From Candidatus Marinacidobacterium sp. (lineage in GTDB: Bacteria; Acidobacteriota; Vicinamibacteria; Marinacidobacterales; Marinacidobacteraceae), in NCBI GenBank assembly GCA_965204755.1, contig OZ242011.1, forward strand, positions 1,472,001 to 1,536,000: a stretch of 64,000 bases of DNA, read 5' to 3'. Position 1 is the stretch's first letter; every line of letters starts with the position of its first letter. Below are positions 49,072 through 57,478 of the stretch, one piece after another. The notes beneath the pieces are model-generated. The model searched no databases and was not told the DNA's origin. It saw nothing but the letters and a program-made list of their open reading frames with translations. The translations under genes and the position numbers were made by a program.

Positions 49072-49510
49072 CCGGCGCCGGCGCCGGGCCGGCGCGGGAG
49101 GAGTCGGTCCCGGAGTCCGTTCGGCGGCGGATGCGGAATACGCCGCGGCGGGATACGCCGTTCGAGGTCGCGGTGCGGAAGCAGGCGTACGCGTTGGGCC
49201 TGCGCTATCGCGTGGACTGCGGCGTTCCCGGAGTGACCCGGGGACGGCCCGACCTGGTATTCAGCGGACGCCGGGTGGCCGTGTTCCTCGACGGCTGCTC
49301 TGGCACTCCTGCCCGATCCACCGCTCGGCCCCGGCCACGAACCGCGAGTGGTGGGCCGCCAAACTGCGGGCGAACGCCGACCGCGACGAACGCCACCGCC
49401 GGGAACTCGAGGACGCCGGATGGACCGTCCTCCGCTTCTGGGAACACGAAGATCCCGCAACCGTCGCCGCCGAAATCGCCGCCGCGGTTCGCGGGTCCCA
49501 ACCGGGCTGA
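49068..49510 (+). pseudogene. vsr: Very short patch repair endonuclease Vsr, frameshifted
   Basis: RRDTPFEVAVRK..GLRYRV..RPDLVF..VAVFLDGC then TC TGG CAC (one T missing from FWH); continues WHSCPIH..NREWWAAKLRANADRD..GWTVLRFWEHED to TGA 49510. Confidence 0.9.
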
Positions 49511-49540
49511 CGGGCCGCAACCGGCCCCGCATGAGTTACT

Positions 49541-49599
49541 GACCCGGCGGGCGCCGGGTCGAGGGCGCGCCCCGGGGCCGGGGAGACCCCGGGGCGCGC
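49541..49599. terminator. Tandem hairpins between convergent vsr and flotillin genes
   Basis: GACCCGGCG/CGCCGGGTC (49541-49560) and GCGCGCCCCGGGG/CCCCGGGGCGCGC (49565-49599). Confidence 0.45.
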
Positions 49600-49605
49600 G
49601 GGTGC

Positions 49606-50925
49606 TCAGTGGCCGCTGTGGCCGAGGGGGCCGCGGGCGGAACCGCGCTTGGCTCCCCGTTCCGCTTCGCCTGCCGCCGGCGGGCCGTCGCTGTCCTTCC
49701 TGTCGGAGGAGAGGAGCGCCGGGACATCCACGCCGGTGGCGGTCTTCAACTGCTCGAGGAAGGCCGCGACGGAACCGGTGAGGCCGCGCACATGGCTCGG
49801 CACGCCGCCGCCGTCGCCGTTGTCCACCACCGTGAGCCGCTCCACATGGAGGTTGTCGTGGAGGACATGGGTGACCTTGTCGATCAGGTGCGGGAGCATC
49901 TGGAGCAGCATGATCTCCCGTGCGGTCTCGTCGGTCCACTGCATCTTGATCTGCTCGATCGCGGCGGCGGTGGCCTTACCGTTCTCGCGGATCTTCGAGG
50001 CGGCGCCCTCGGCGGCGAGGATCTTGGCCCGGCTCGCCGCTTCGGCGGGAATGACCGTGTTCGCCTGTTCCCGCTTCTGGTTGCGCTCGACCCGGATGTC
50101 TTCGAGTTCGCTCTGCTGGCGGGCGCGGGAGATGGCCCGGGCGACCTCCGCGACCTCTTCCGCCTCGTTCGACTTGGCGGAGCGCTCGGCGCGGCGCATG
50201 CGGACTTCGTGCTCGGCGTCCACGATGGCCTGCTCGGCCTCGGTCTCCGCCACCACCGCGCTGCGCTTGGCTTCGGCGGCCACGCTGCGCGCCTCGGCGT
50301 CCGCGGTCGCTTCCTTCTTGAGGGCGTCACGCCGGACTTCCGCGCTCTTCTGCCGTCCGATGGCTTCGAGGTAGCCCTCGGAGTCGGAGAGGTGCTGGAT
50401 CTTGAAGGTGTCGAGCACCAGCCCGAGGCGGCCGAAGTCGGTCTGCGCCGCCTCGGAGGCGGAGTCGGCCACGGCGAGGCGCTCGGCGTTCGCCGCTTCC
50501 GGCGTCCGGGTGGCGAGCACGCCGCGGAGGCTGCCTTCGAGCGTCTGCCGCGCCACGGTCTGGATCTCGTGTTCGCTCTTGCCGAGGAAACGCTCGACCG
50601 CCTGGTCGAGGCCGCCGCCGACTTCGCCGGACACCTTGACCGTGGCGAGGCCTTCGACATCCAGCGAGATCATGCCGGCGGAGAGCGCCTTCTGGACCTT
50701 CACTTCGATCGGGATCGTGTTCAGCGAGATGCGGGACACGGTCTCGATGAGCGGCCGGCGGAAGCCGCGGCCCCCGCGAATCACCCGGAACCCGCGCTTG
50801 CGGCCGGAGAAGATCACCGCTTCGTTCGGCGCGCAGACGACGACATGGCTGCGGATGAAGATGATGAACGCCATGACGGCGGTGGCCCCGAGGGCGATGA
50901 TGATTCCGATGGTTCCTGGAGTCAT
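49606..50925 (-). CDS. Flotillin/SPFH family protein
   Basis: N-terminal TM, PNEAVIFSG, AVERFLG, LEGSLRGVLA, GYLEAIG, Ala/Glu-rich coiled coil, VIPAEA. Confidence 0.88.
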   Translation of the reverse strand: MTPGTIGIIIALGATAVMAFIIFIRSHVVVCAPNEAVIFSGRKRGFRVIRGGRGFRRPLIETVSRISLNTIPIEVKVQKALSAGMISLDVEGLATVKVSGEVGGGLDQAVERFLGKSEHEIQTVARQTLEGSLRGVLATRTPEAANAERLAVADSASEAAQTDFGRLGLVLDTFKIQHLSDSEGYLEAIGRQKSAEVRRDALKKEATADAEARSVAAEAKRSAVVAETEAEQAIVDAEHEVRMRRAERSAKSNEAEEVAEVARAISRARQQSELEDIRVERNQKREQANTVIPAEAASRAKILAAEGAASKIRENGKATAAAIEQIKMQWTDETAREIMLLQMLPHLIDKVTHVLHDNLHVERLTVVDNGDGGGVPSHVRGLTGSVAAFLEQLKTATGVDVPALLSSDRKDSDGPPAAGEAERGAKRGSARGPLGHSGH

Positions 50926-50985
50926 GAAAACCTCTTCGAAGTCGGCGGCGGGCGGGTCGGTTGTCCGGCGCCGGCGGATCCTCTG

Positions 50986-52401
50986 CTAGCAGTCGTAGTA
51001 GAGCGCGAATTCCGCCGGGTGCGGGCGCTGGTCCATGTAGGCGAGTTCGTTGGCTCGCTTGTACCGGATCCAGGTGTCCACCACATCCGGCGTGAACACG
51101 CCGCCGCGCAGCAGGTAGTCGTGGTCGTCCTCCAACGCGCGGAGGGCGGCCTTGAGCGTGGGCGGCGTGTCCTTGATCTTGCGCTGTTCGTCTTCCGGCA
51201 GTTCGTAGATGTCCCGGTCAACCGGGTCGGGCGGCATCGTCTTGTTGAAGATGCCGTCGAGGCCGGCCATCAGCATGGCGGAAAACGCCAGGTAAGGATT
51301 GGCGCTCGGGTCCGGACACCGGAATTCCACGCGCTTCGCGGCCGGCGCCTGCGAATACATCGGGATCCGGATCGCGGCGGACCGGTTCCGCTGCGAGTAC
51401 ACCAACTTGATCGGCGCCTCGAACCCGGGCACCAGCCGGCGGTAGGAATTCGCGGTGGGGCAGGCGAAGGCGAGCAGCGAGCCGGCGTGCTCCAGCAGGC
51501 CGCCGATGAACCAAAGCCCCATCTCGGAGAGACCGGCGTAGCCGTCGCGGTCGTAGAAGAGGTTCTTCCCGTCGCGCCACAGGCTGAGGTGGCAGTGCAT
51601 CCCGGAGCCGTTGTCGCCGAACAGCGGTTTGGGCATGAAGGTGGCGGTGCGCCCGCAGTCGTTCGCCGTGTTCCGCACCGTGTGCTTGAACTTCATCAGC
51701 GCATCGGACATGCGGGTCAGCGGCTCGTACTTCAGGCCGATCTCGCACTGCCCGCCGCTTCCCACTTCCTGGTGGTGGAGTTCGGCGTCCACGCCGCAGA
51801 GGCGCAGGTTCGAGATCATCTGCGACCGGATGTCCTGGTAGGGATCCGTCGGCGGCATCCGGAAGTACGCTTCCTTGAGGCCCGGCTTGTGGGCCAGGTT
51901 CGGCTTCTCGTCCCGCCCGGTGTTCCACCCGCCCCAGGCGGAATCCACCCGGTAGAACGCCTCGTTGACCGTCTGGTCGAAACGGGCGTCGTCGAAAATG
52001 TAGAACTCGGCCTCCGGGCCGACATAGCAGGTGTCGGCGAGGCCGGAAGTGTTCAGGTAGCGGGTGGCCTTCTCGGCGATGTGGCGGGGATCGCGGGAAT
52101 AGAGTTCGAGAGTGACCGGATCCTTGACATTGCAGATGAACACCATCGTCGGATCCTTGTAGAAGGGATCCACGAACAGGGTGTCCGGGTCGGGGCGCAG
52201 CAGCATGTCGCTGTCTTCGATGCTCTGGAAGCCGCGCACCGAGGAGCCGTCGAAGCCCACGCCCTTGACGAACATGTCCTCCTCGAAGGCTTCCACCGCG
52301 TAGGTGATGTGCCGCCAACTGCCGAGGAGGTCCGCGAAGCGGAAGTCCACGAACCGGATGTCCCGGTCCGAGATCATGCGGCGGACTTGGCGCAGCGACA
52401 T
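50986..52401 (-). CDS. glnA: Glutamine synthetase type I
   Basis: FDGSSVRGF, GPEAEF, HHQEV..GQCEI, ATFMPKP..DNGSGMHCH, NSYRRLVPGFEAP, RNRSAAIRIP, DIYEL adenylylation Tyr. Confidence 0.98.
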   Translation of the reverse strand: MSLRQVRRMISDRDIRFVDFRFADLLGSWRHITYAVEAFEEDMFVKGVGFDGSSVRGFQSIEDSDMLLRPDPDTLFVDPFYKDPTMVFICNVKDPVTLELYSRDPRHIAEKATRYLNTSGLADTCYVGPEAEFYIFDDARFDQTVNEAFYRVDSAWGGWNTGRDEKPNLAHKPGLKEAYFRMPPTDPYQDIRSQMISNLRLCGVDAELHHQEVGSGGQCEIGLKYEPLTRMSDALMKFKHTVRNTANDCGRTATFMPKPLFGDNGSGMHCHLSLWRDGKNLFYDRDGYAGLSEMGLWFIGGLLEHAGSLLAFACPTANSYRRLVPGFEAPIKLVYSQRNRSAAIRIPMYSQAPAAKRVEFRCPDPSANPYLAFSAMLMAGLDGIFNKTMPPDPVDRDIYELPEDEQRKIKDTPPTLKAALRALEDDHDYLLRGGVFTPDVVDTWIRYKRANELAYMDQRPHPAEFALYYDC

Positions 52402-52410
52402 GGAGCGCCC

Positions 52411-52752
52411 CTAGCCGATCGCCTGCGAGCCGCGGTCCCCGGTGCGGATGCGGACGCAGTCGTGGAGGTCGGTGATCAGGATCTTGCCGTCGCCCGCCTT
52501 GCCGGTCTGGGCGCCGCGAAGGATGGCGCTCACCGTCCGCTCCACGAAGTCCTCGTTGACCGCCACATCCACGCGGACGCGCTTCAGGACATCCACCTGC
52601 GTCTGGATGCCCCGGAACTGGGCTTCGTAGCCCTTCTGGGTGCCGTGGCCGACGCCGGCGGTGATGGAGAACTTGCCGACCTGGGCGGCGAACAACTCTT
52701 CTTGCACCTTCGGCAGGACTTCGGGCTGGATCAGCGCGGTAATCAGTTTCAT
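52411..52752 (-). CDS. glnK: P-II family nitrogen regulator (GlnK-like)
   Basis: GHGTQKG, TGKAGDGKI, VRIRTGD; located between amtB and glnA. Confidence 0.9.
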   Translation of the reverse strand: MKLITALIQPEVLPKVQEELFAAQVGKFSITAGVGHGTQKGYEAQFRGIQTQVDVLKRVRVDVAVNEDFVERTVSAILRGAQTGKAGDGKILITDLHDCVRIRTGDRGSQAIG

Positions 52753-52783
52753 GGAGCAGCCACTCGCAGAGGTTGGGGCGCGG

Positions 52784-54175
52784 TCAGGAGGACAGGATCT
52801 GGAAGCCCGTGTAGGACTCCATGCCGTGTTCGTTCTCGTCGAGGCCGCGGATCTCTTCCTGGCGCGAGACCCTCAGGCCGAAGAGCGACTTGATGGTCAA
52901 GAAGACGAGTCCCATGGAAATGGCGACGAACAGGCCGGTGGAGAAAGTGCCGAGCGCCTGGATTCCCAACTGCTCGAAGCCGCCGCCGTAGAAGAGGCCT
53001 TCGCGGGCGAGGCCGAGGGACTCCCGCCCCCACAGGCCGACGGCGAGCGTGCCCCAGATGCCGCAGGCGCCGTGCACCGGGAACGCGCCGCAGGGATCGT
53101 CCACCTTGACTGCGTCGAGGAACTTGACCGCGAGCACGACCACGAAGCCGCCGGCGGCGCCGATCCAGATCGAGGCCGACGGACTCACGACCGCGCAGGG
53201 CGCGGTGACGGAGACCAGTCCGGCGAGGGCGCCGTTCATCGTGAAGAACAGGTCGGGCTTGCCGAACACGATCCAGGAGATCAGGGTGGTGGTCACCGCC
53301 CCGGACGCCGCGGCGAGGTTCGTGTTCACCGCGATCAACGAGATCGCCTCGCCGTCGCCGACCGCGAGGTTCGACCCGGCGTTGAAGCCGAACCAGCCGA
53401 ACCAGAGGATGAAGACGCCGAGGGAGGCCAGCGGCACCGAGTGCCCGGGAATCGCGTTGGCCTTGCCGTCCGGGGTGAACCGGCCGAGGCGGGGCCCCAG
53501 GATCCAGGCGCCGACGAACGCGGTGGCGCCGCCGGTCAGGTGGACGACGGTGGAGCCGGCGAAGTCGAAGAAGTCGAGTTGGGCGAGCCAGCCGCCGCCC
53601 CAGGTCCAGTGGCCGACGACCGGATAGACGAACGCGGAAATGATGAAGGAGTAGGCCAGGTAGGCGGTGAACTTCATCCGTTCCGCCATGCCGCCGGCGA
53701 CGATCGTGGCGGCGGCCCCGCAGAAGGCGGCCTGGAAGAGCCAGAAGGCCCACAGGGGCACATCGGCGGCGGACTCGGCGCCGATCAGGAGGAACCCGCT
53801 GGTGCCGAAGAACGCGTTCCCCTCGGAGAACATCAGCGCGTAGCCGAAGATGAAGAACCCGAGCGACGCCAAGCAGTAGTCGAGGAAGTTCTTCGTGAGG
53901 ATGTTCGAGGTGTTCTTCGCCCGGATGAAGCCCGCCTCGAGCATCCCGAACCCGCACTGCATCAGGAACACGAGGAACGCGGACAGCAACACGAACAGCG
54001 TGTCGAGGCCGACCGCATGCGCGGCGGGACCGCCTTCCTGGGCGGAGGCCGGCTCCGCGGCGAAGAGGGCGGCGAAGAGGCCGAGGGCGAGAGCCGGGCC
54101 GAGGCGGAGGCGCCGCCTTCGCGCCGCCGCGCGGTCGGAAGACCGGAACGCCGAAGAGAGAAATCGCCCGATCAT
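52784..54175 (-). CDS. amtB: Ammonium transporter
   Basis: MQCGFGMLEAG, FQAAF, GGMAER, DFAGSTVVH, LWFGWFGFNAGS, DDP..AFPVHG; cleavable signal (ASA-QE); ATG 54175. Confidence 0.96.
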   Translation of the reverse strand: MIGRFLSSAFRSSDRAAARRRRLRLGPALALGLFAALFAAEPASAQEGGPAAHAVGLDTLFVLLSAFLVFLMQCGFGMLEAGFIRAKNTSNILTKNFLDYCLASLGFFIFGYALMFSEGNAFFGTSGFLLIGAESAADVPLWAFWLFQAAFCGAAATIVAGGMAERMKFTAYLAYSFIISAFVYPVVGHWTWGGGWLAQLDFFDFAGSTVVHLTGGATAFVGAWILGPRLGRFTPDGKANAIPGHSVPLASLGVFILWFGWFGFNAGSNLAVGDGEAISLIAVNTNLAAASGAVTTTLISWIVFGKPDLFFTMNGALAGLVSVTAPCAVVSPSASIWIGAAGGFVVVLAVKFLDAVKVDDPCGAFPVHGACGIWGTLAVGLWGRESLGLAREGLFYGGGFEQLGIQALGTFSTGLFVAISMGLVFLTIKSLFGLRVSRQEEIRGLDENEHGMESYTGFQILSS

Positions 54176-54424
54176 GGAAGAAAGAGTTCCTGCTGAGTTG
54201 GCCGCGGGGCGCTGTCGAACATCCGGAGCATCCATTGGAGGGGGGTTGATGGAATCGGTTCCCGGCGGAGGCGGGCGCCGAACCGCGTCGCGCCCGGCCG
54301 CCGCCTGCACGGGGAGGTTCACCGTCCCGTCAGCGAACGCCGTTTCCCGGCGCGCCGCGGAAACGGAGCCGCGAAGGGCCGAAAGGAATTTCGGCCGCCC
54401 GTCGGGCTCCCGGCGGGGCGGGCA

Positions 54425-54454
54425 ATAGTACGGACGCAGCCGGGCGGGAGTCAA
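54425..54454 (-). promoter_or_regulatory. sigma70 promoter for amtB-glnK-glnA
   Basis: Minus strand TTGACT-N18-TACTAT with an AT-rich upstream segment. Confidence 0.65.
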
Positions 54455-54711
54455 TACACAAATTCGCGCGGGGTCGGTCGGGCGCGGGCGCCGACGACGA
54501 ACCCTCCGCTCGACGGGCCGAGCGGGTCGGCCGCGGGCGGCGCTCGCCGGGAGGGCGGCCCGGGGGACGGGGCGGACCGCCCGTGGAGAAAGTCCGGCCG
54601 GGAGCGCCGGGCAGGGCGGAGCGCCGGGTAGAGCGGAGCGCCGCGCGAAGGAGTGCGGGGAGGGGGTTCCCCTGCCCGCGGGCCGCTGACGCGGCCGGTT
54701 GCGCAACCGAA

Positions 54712-55088
54712 TGGTGGAGGCGGCGGGAATCGAACCCGCGTCCGAAAGCCTTCCACAGCGACCTCTACATGCTTAGCCGCGTCGTGGCGGGGAACTGCGC
54801 CCGAGGGCGCGCTCCCCTTTTCGCCTCCGCGCCGCATCGACCCGGCGAGTCGCGGCGTGGACGCTATCCCTGGGGTTTCGCCGCCGGCGCGGGAGAACCG
54901 TCGGCTGAGCCCGCCTCGTCGTCGCCCCTTCCCGCCCGGCAGGCGTGGTCAGGAGGGGCGTGACGGCCTAAGCCGCCAGAGCCAGTTCAGTGTTGTTGGC
55001 TTGTGTGTGGTTTCCACCGTTCGCGAGAGGTGGACCCTCGGCATGCAATCGCTGCTTCCTGTACCTTCGTCGAACCCAGTACGCCCCC
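54712..55088 (-). ncRNA. ssrA: tmRNA; tag peptide ANNTELALAA*
   Basis: 5' GGGGGCGTACTGGGTTCGAC, 3' GGGTTCGATTCCCGCCGCCTCCACCA with G3-U70 pair; tag ORF 55000-54968; GCATG/CATGC helix pair. Confidence 0.97.
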
Positions 55089-55171
55089 TCCTTTTCGGTG
55101 AGATCTTCCGGTGAGTTCCGGGTGGCCCGGCGCGGGATGCGCCGGGCGAACGGCTACCATTCTAGCAGCCC

Positions 55172-57478
55172 GTGACGACACTCCGGTGCCGCAGAGGCGG
55201 GAAGGCTCTCGCATCCGCGGGGCGGAGCCGTCGGCGGTTTGCGTTCTTCGCCGGCGCCCTCCCGGTCGTTCTCGCGGCCATCCTGCTGTTCCGGCCGGGT
55301 TTCGGCGCGCCGCCGGGCCCGGACGCCGTCCCCCCGATCGCCTGGGCGGAACTCGAGACCCCGCCGGCCGACTTGGCGGCGGTCCACCGGGCGAGCCGGA
55401 TCGAGAACGCGGGGGCGCGGCGAACGGCGCTCCAAGCGATCGCCGACGACGAGGCGCTCGCCGCCCGGACCCGGGCCGCCGCATCGTTCCGTCTCGGCCG
55501 CGACGCCCTCCGTCGGGGGCGCTGGACGGAGGCCGCCGAGCGGCTGGGCGCGCCGGAACTCGCCCGGAGCGAACTCGCCGCCGACGCCATGCACCTCCTC
55601 GCGGCCAACCTGCCCGGGGCGAAGCGCGACGAAGCCATCGCCCGCCTCGAGACGCTGCTCGCGGAGCATCCGGACTACCGCAAGACGCCCGCGGTCCGGC
55701 TGCTGCTCGGTCAGCGGCTCGCCGCGGCCGGCCGCCGGGAGGACGCCCTGCCCCACTTCGCGGCGGCGGCGGAGGGCGGGGCCGACCTCCGGGGGGACGC
55801 GCTCGCCGCGCAGGCGGCGGCGCTCGAGCGGCTGGGCCGGTTCGAGGACGCGGTCCGCGCGCTGGAGACCCTCTACTACGACCTGCCGACCCATGCGGAG
55901 TCGCTGAATGCCGGACGCCGCCTGACCCGGCTCTACCGCGGTCCGAACGCGGCGTCTCCCCCGCCGGAGGAGCGGTACCCGCGGGCGATGGCCCGCGCCG
56001 CCGGGTTCGCCTCGGCCGGGAACCACCGCCGGGCCCACGAGAACTACCGGGAGATCGCCCGCCGCTTCTCTTCGGTGGCGGACACGGAACTGGTCCGCCT
56101 CCGGATCGGGATCTCGGAGTTCCATCGGGGCCGGCTCAGCGCCTCCCTCCGGACGCTCGCCCGGATCACCCGGGAGGACCTGCGTCCGGCGGCGCTCTAC
56201 TACCGGGGCGAGTCCCTCCGGCGCTTGGAGCGGCTGACCACGCAGAGCCGGATCCTCGAGGAACTGCTGGAACTCGAGACCGAGCACCCCTACGGGGCGC
56301 GGGCCCTCTACAGTCTGGCCCGCGCCCGGCTGGCGGAGAACGACCGGGAGGCCGCGGTTCCCTACCTCCGGCGGCTGGCCGCCGGCTACCCGCATTCCGG
56401 TCACGCGGTGTTCGCGGTCTGGCACGACCTGTGGGACCTCTACCGGAACGGGGACTTCGAGCGGACCGCGCCGGCCTTCGAGCGGGCCGCCCGCGAGCAC
56501 CCCGGGGACTTCCGCGCCGGGCAGTTCCTGTACTTTTCCGGGCGGGCGGGGGAACGGCTCGACCGGGGCCGCGAGGCCGCCGAGCGCTATCGCGAGGTGG
56601 TCCTCGGCTACCGGAACTCGTTCTACGGGCGGCGGGCGGCGGACCGGCTCGCGGCGTCCTCGCTGGCCGAGCCGACCGTGGAGAACCCGATCACGGAGCG
56701 GGGGCTGCTCCTCGACCGGTTCCGCGTCCGCCGAACCCGGGAAGCCGCCCTCGTGGCGGAACTCCACGCCGCCGGGGCCTCGGACCGGGCCCGCGAAGCG
56801 GCAGCGGCCGCGGCGGGCGCCGGAGAACCGGACGACGCGGCGTTCGGGGCGATGGAGGCGTGGCTGCTGGCGCGCGAGGGGAAGAATGTGCCCTCGATCC
56901 AGGCGATGCGCCGGGCGGCGCCGTTCTTCACCTCGGCCGCCGGCGACCTGCTCCCGGACGAGTATTGGCGGCTGCTCTACCCGCTCCGCTACATCGAAGG
57001 CGTGAAGGAGCAGTCGGCGCGCCGGAACCTGGATCCGTTCCTGGTGGCCGGGCTCATCCGGCAGGAGTCGGCCTTCGCGCCGCGGACCCGGTCCCCGGTG
57101 GGCGCCCGCGGTCTCATGCAGATCATGCCCGGCACCGGGCGCGCGCTGGCCCGGGTCGAGGGGCTGCGCTGGCGGCTCTCCGGGCTCTACGACCCCGGAG
57201 TGAACATCCGGTTCGGCACCCGCTACCTGCGGCAGTTGCTGGACGAATTCGGCGGGCGGCGGGACTACGCGCTCGCCGGCTACAACGCCGGGCCGCACCG
57301 GGTGCGCAATTGGACCGGGATGGACCTGGAGATCGCCTCCGAGCGGTTCATCGAGGAGATCCCCTTCACCGAGACCCGGAACTATGTGAAGTTGATCCTG
57401 CGGAACGAGATGCTCTACCGGCGCCTCTACCCGGAACTGGCGGACCCTCCGGCCGAGGCGGCGCCCGACCGCGGATGA
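55172..57478 (+). CDS. slt: Soluble lytic transglycosylase (TPR + SLT domain)
   Basis: TPR-like helices; LIRQESAF, SPVGARGLMQIMPGT, NIRFGTRYL, YNAGP, IPFTETRNYV. Confidence 0.92.
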   Translation: MTTLRCRRGGKALASAGRSRRRFAFFAGALPVVLAAILLFRPGFGAPPGPDAVPPIAWAELETPPADLAAVHRASRIENAGARRTALQAIADDEALAARTRAAASFRLGRDALRRGRWTEAAERLGAPELARSELAADAMHLLAANLPGAKRDEAIARLETLLAEHPDYRKTPAVRLLLGQRLAAAGRREDALPHFAAAAEGGADLRGDALAAQAAALERLGRFEDAVRALETLYYDLPTHAESLNAGRRLTRLYRGPNAASPPPEERYPRAMARAAGFASAGNHRRAHENYREIARRFSSVADTELVRLRIGISEFHRGRLSASLRTLARITREDLRPAALYYRGESLRRLERLTTQSRILEELLELETEHPYGARALYSLARARLAENDREAAVPYLRRLAAGYPHSGHAVFAVWHDLWDLYRNGDFERTAPAFERAAREHPGDFRAGQFLYFSGRAGERLDRGREAAERYREVVLGYRNSFYGRRAADRLAASSLAEPTVENPITERGLLLDRFRVRRTREAALVAELHAAGASDRAREAAAAAAGAGEPDDAAFGAMEAWLLAREGKNVPSIQAMRRAAPFFTSAAGDLLPDEYWRLLYPLRYIEGVKEQSARRNLDPFLVAGLIRQESAFAPRTRSPVGARGLMQIMPGTGRALARVEGLRWRLSGLYDPGVNIRFGTRYLRQLLDEFGGRRDYALAGYNAGPHRVRNWTGMDLEIASERFIEEIPFTETRNYVKLILRNEMLYRRLYPELADPPAEAAPDRG

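Noticed and set aside
44038-49568. CGAGGGCGC at both flanks of the defence cassette (44038-44046, 49560-49568) as a target-site duplication
   Set aside because: 9 bp of mostly G/C is expected by chance at this composition (it also occurs at other positions); needs an empty-site comparison.
49609-52893. Very long antisense or alternate-frame ORFs (e.g. 49609..52893, 1065..2708, 7950..10517, 34747..36936)
   Set aside because: Shadow ORFs caused by high GC; Arg/Pro/Gly-rich, no motifs, and overlapping well-supported genes.
54176-54460. sigma54 (-24/-12) promoter, NrpR box or glutamine (glnA) riboswitch upstream of amtB
   Set aside because: No GG-N10-GC match with proper context, the GGAA/TTCC spacing is 7 or 4 rather than 6, and the riboswitch consensus is absent.
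38384-55088. Island integration at tRNA-Met, tRNA-Leu or tmRNA
   Set aside because: No duplicated 3' end (att) or integrase found; the defence cassette is not adjacent to these RNA genes.
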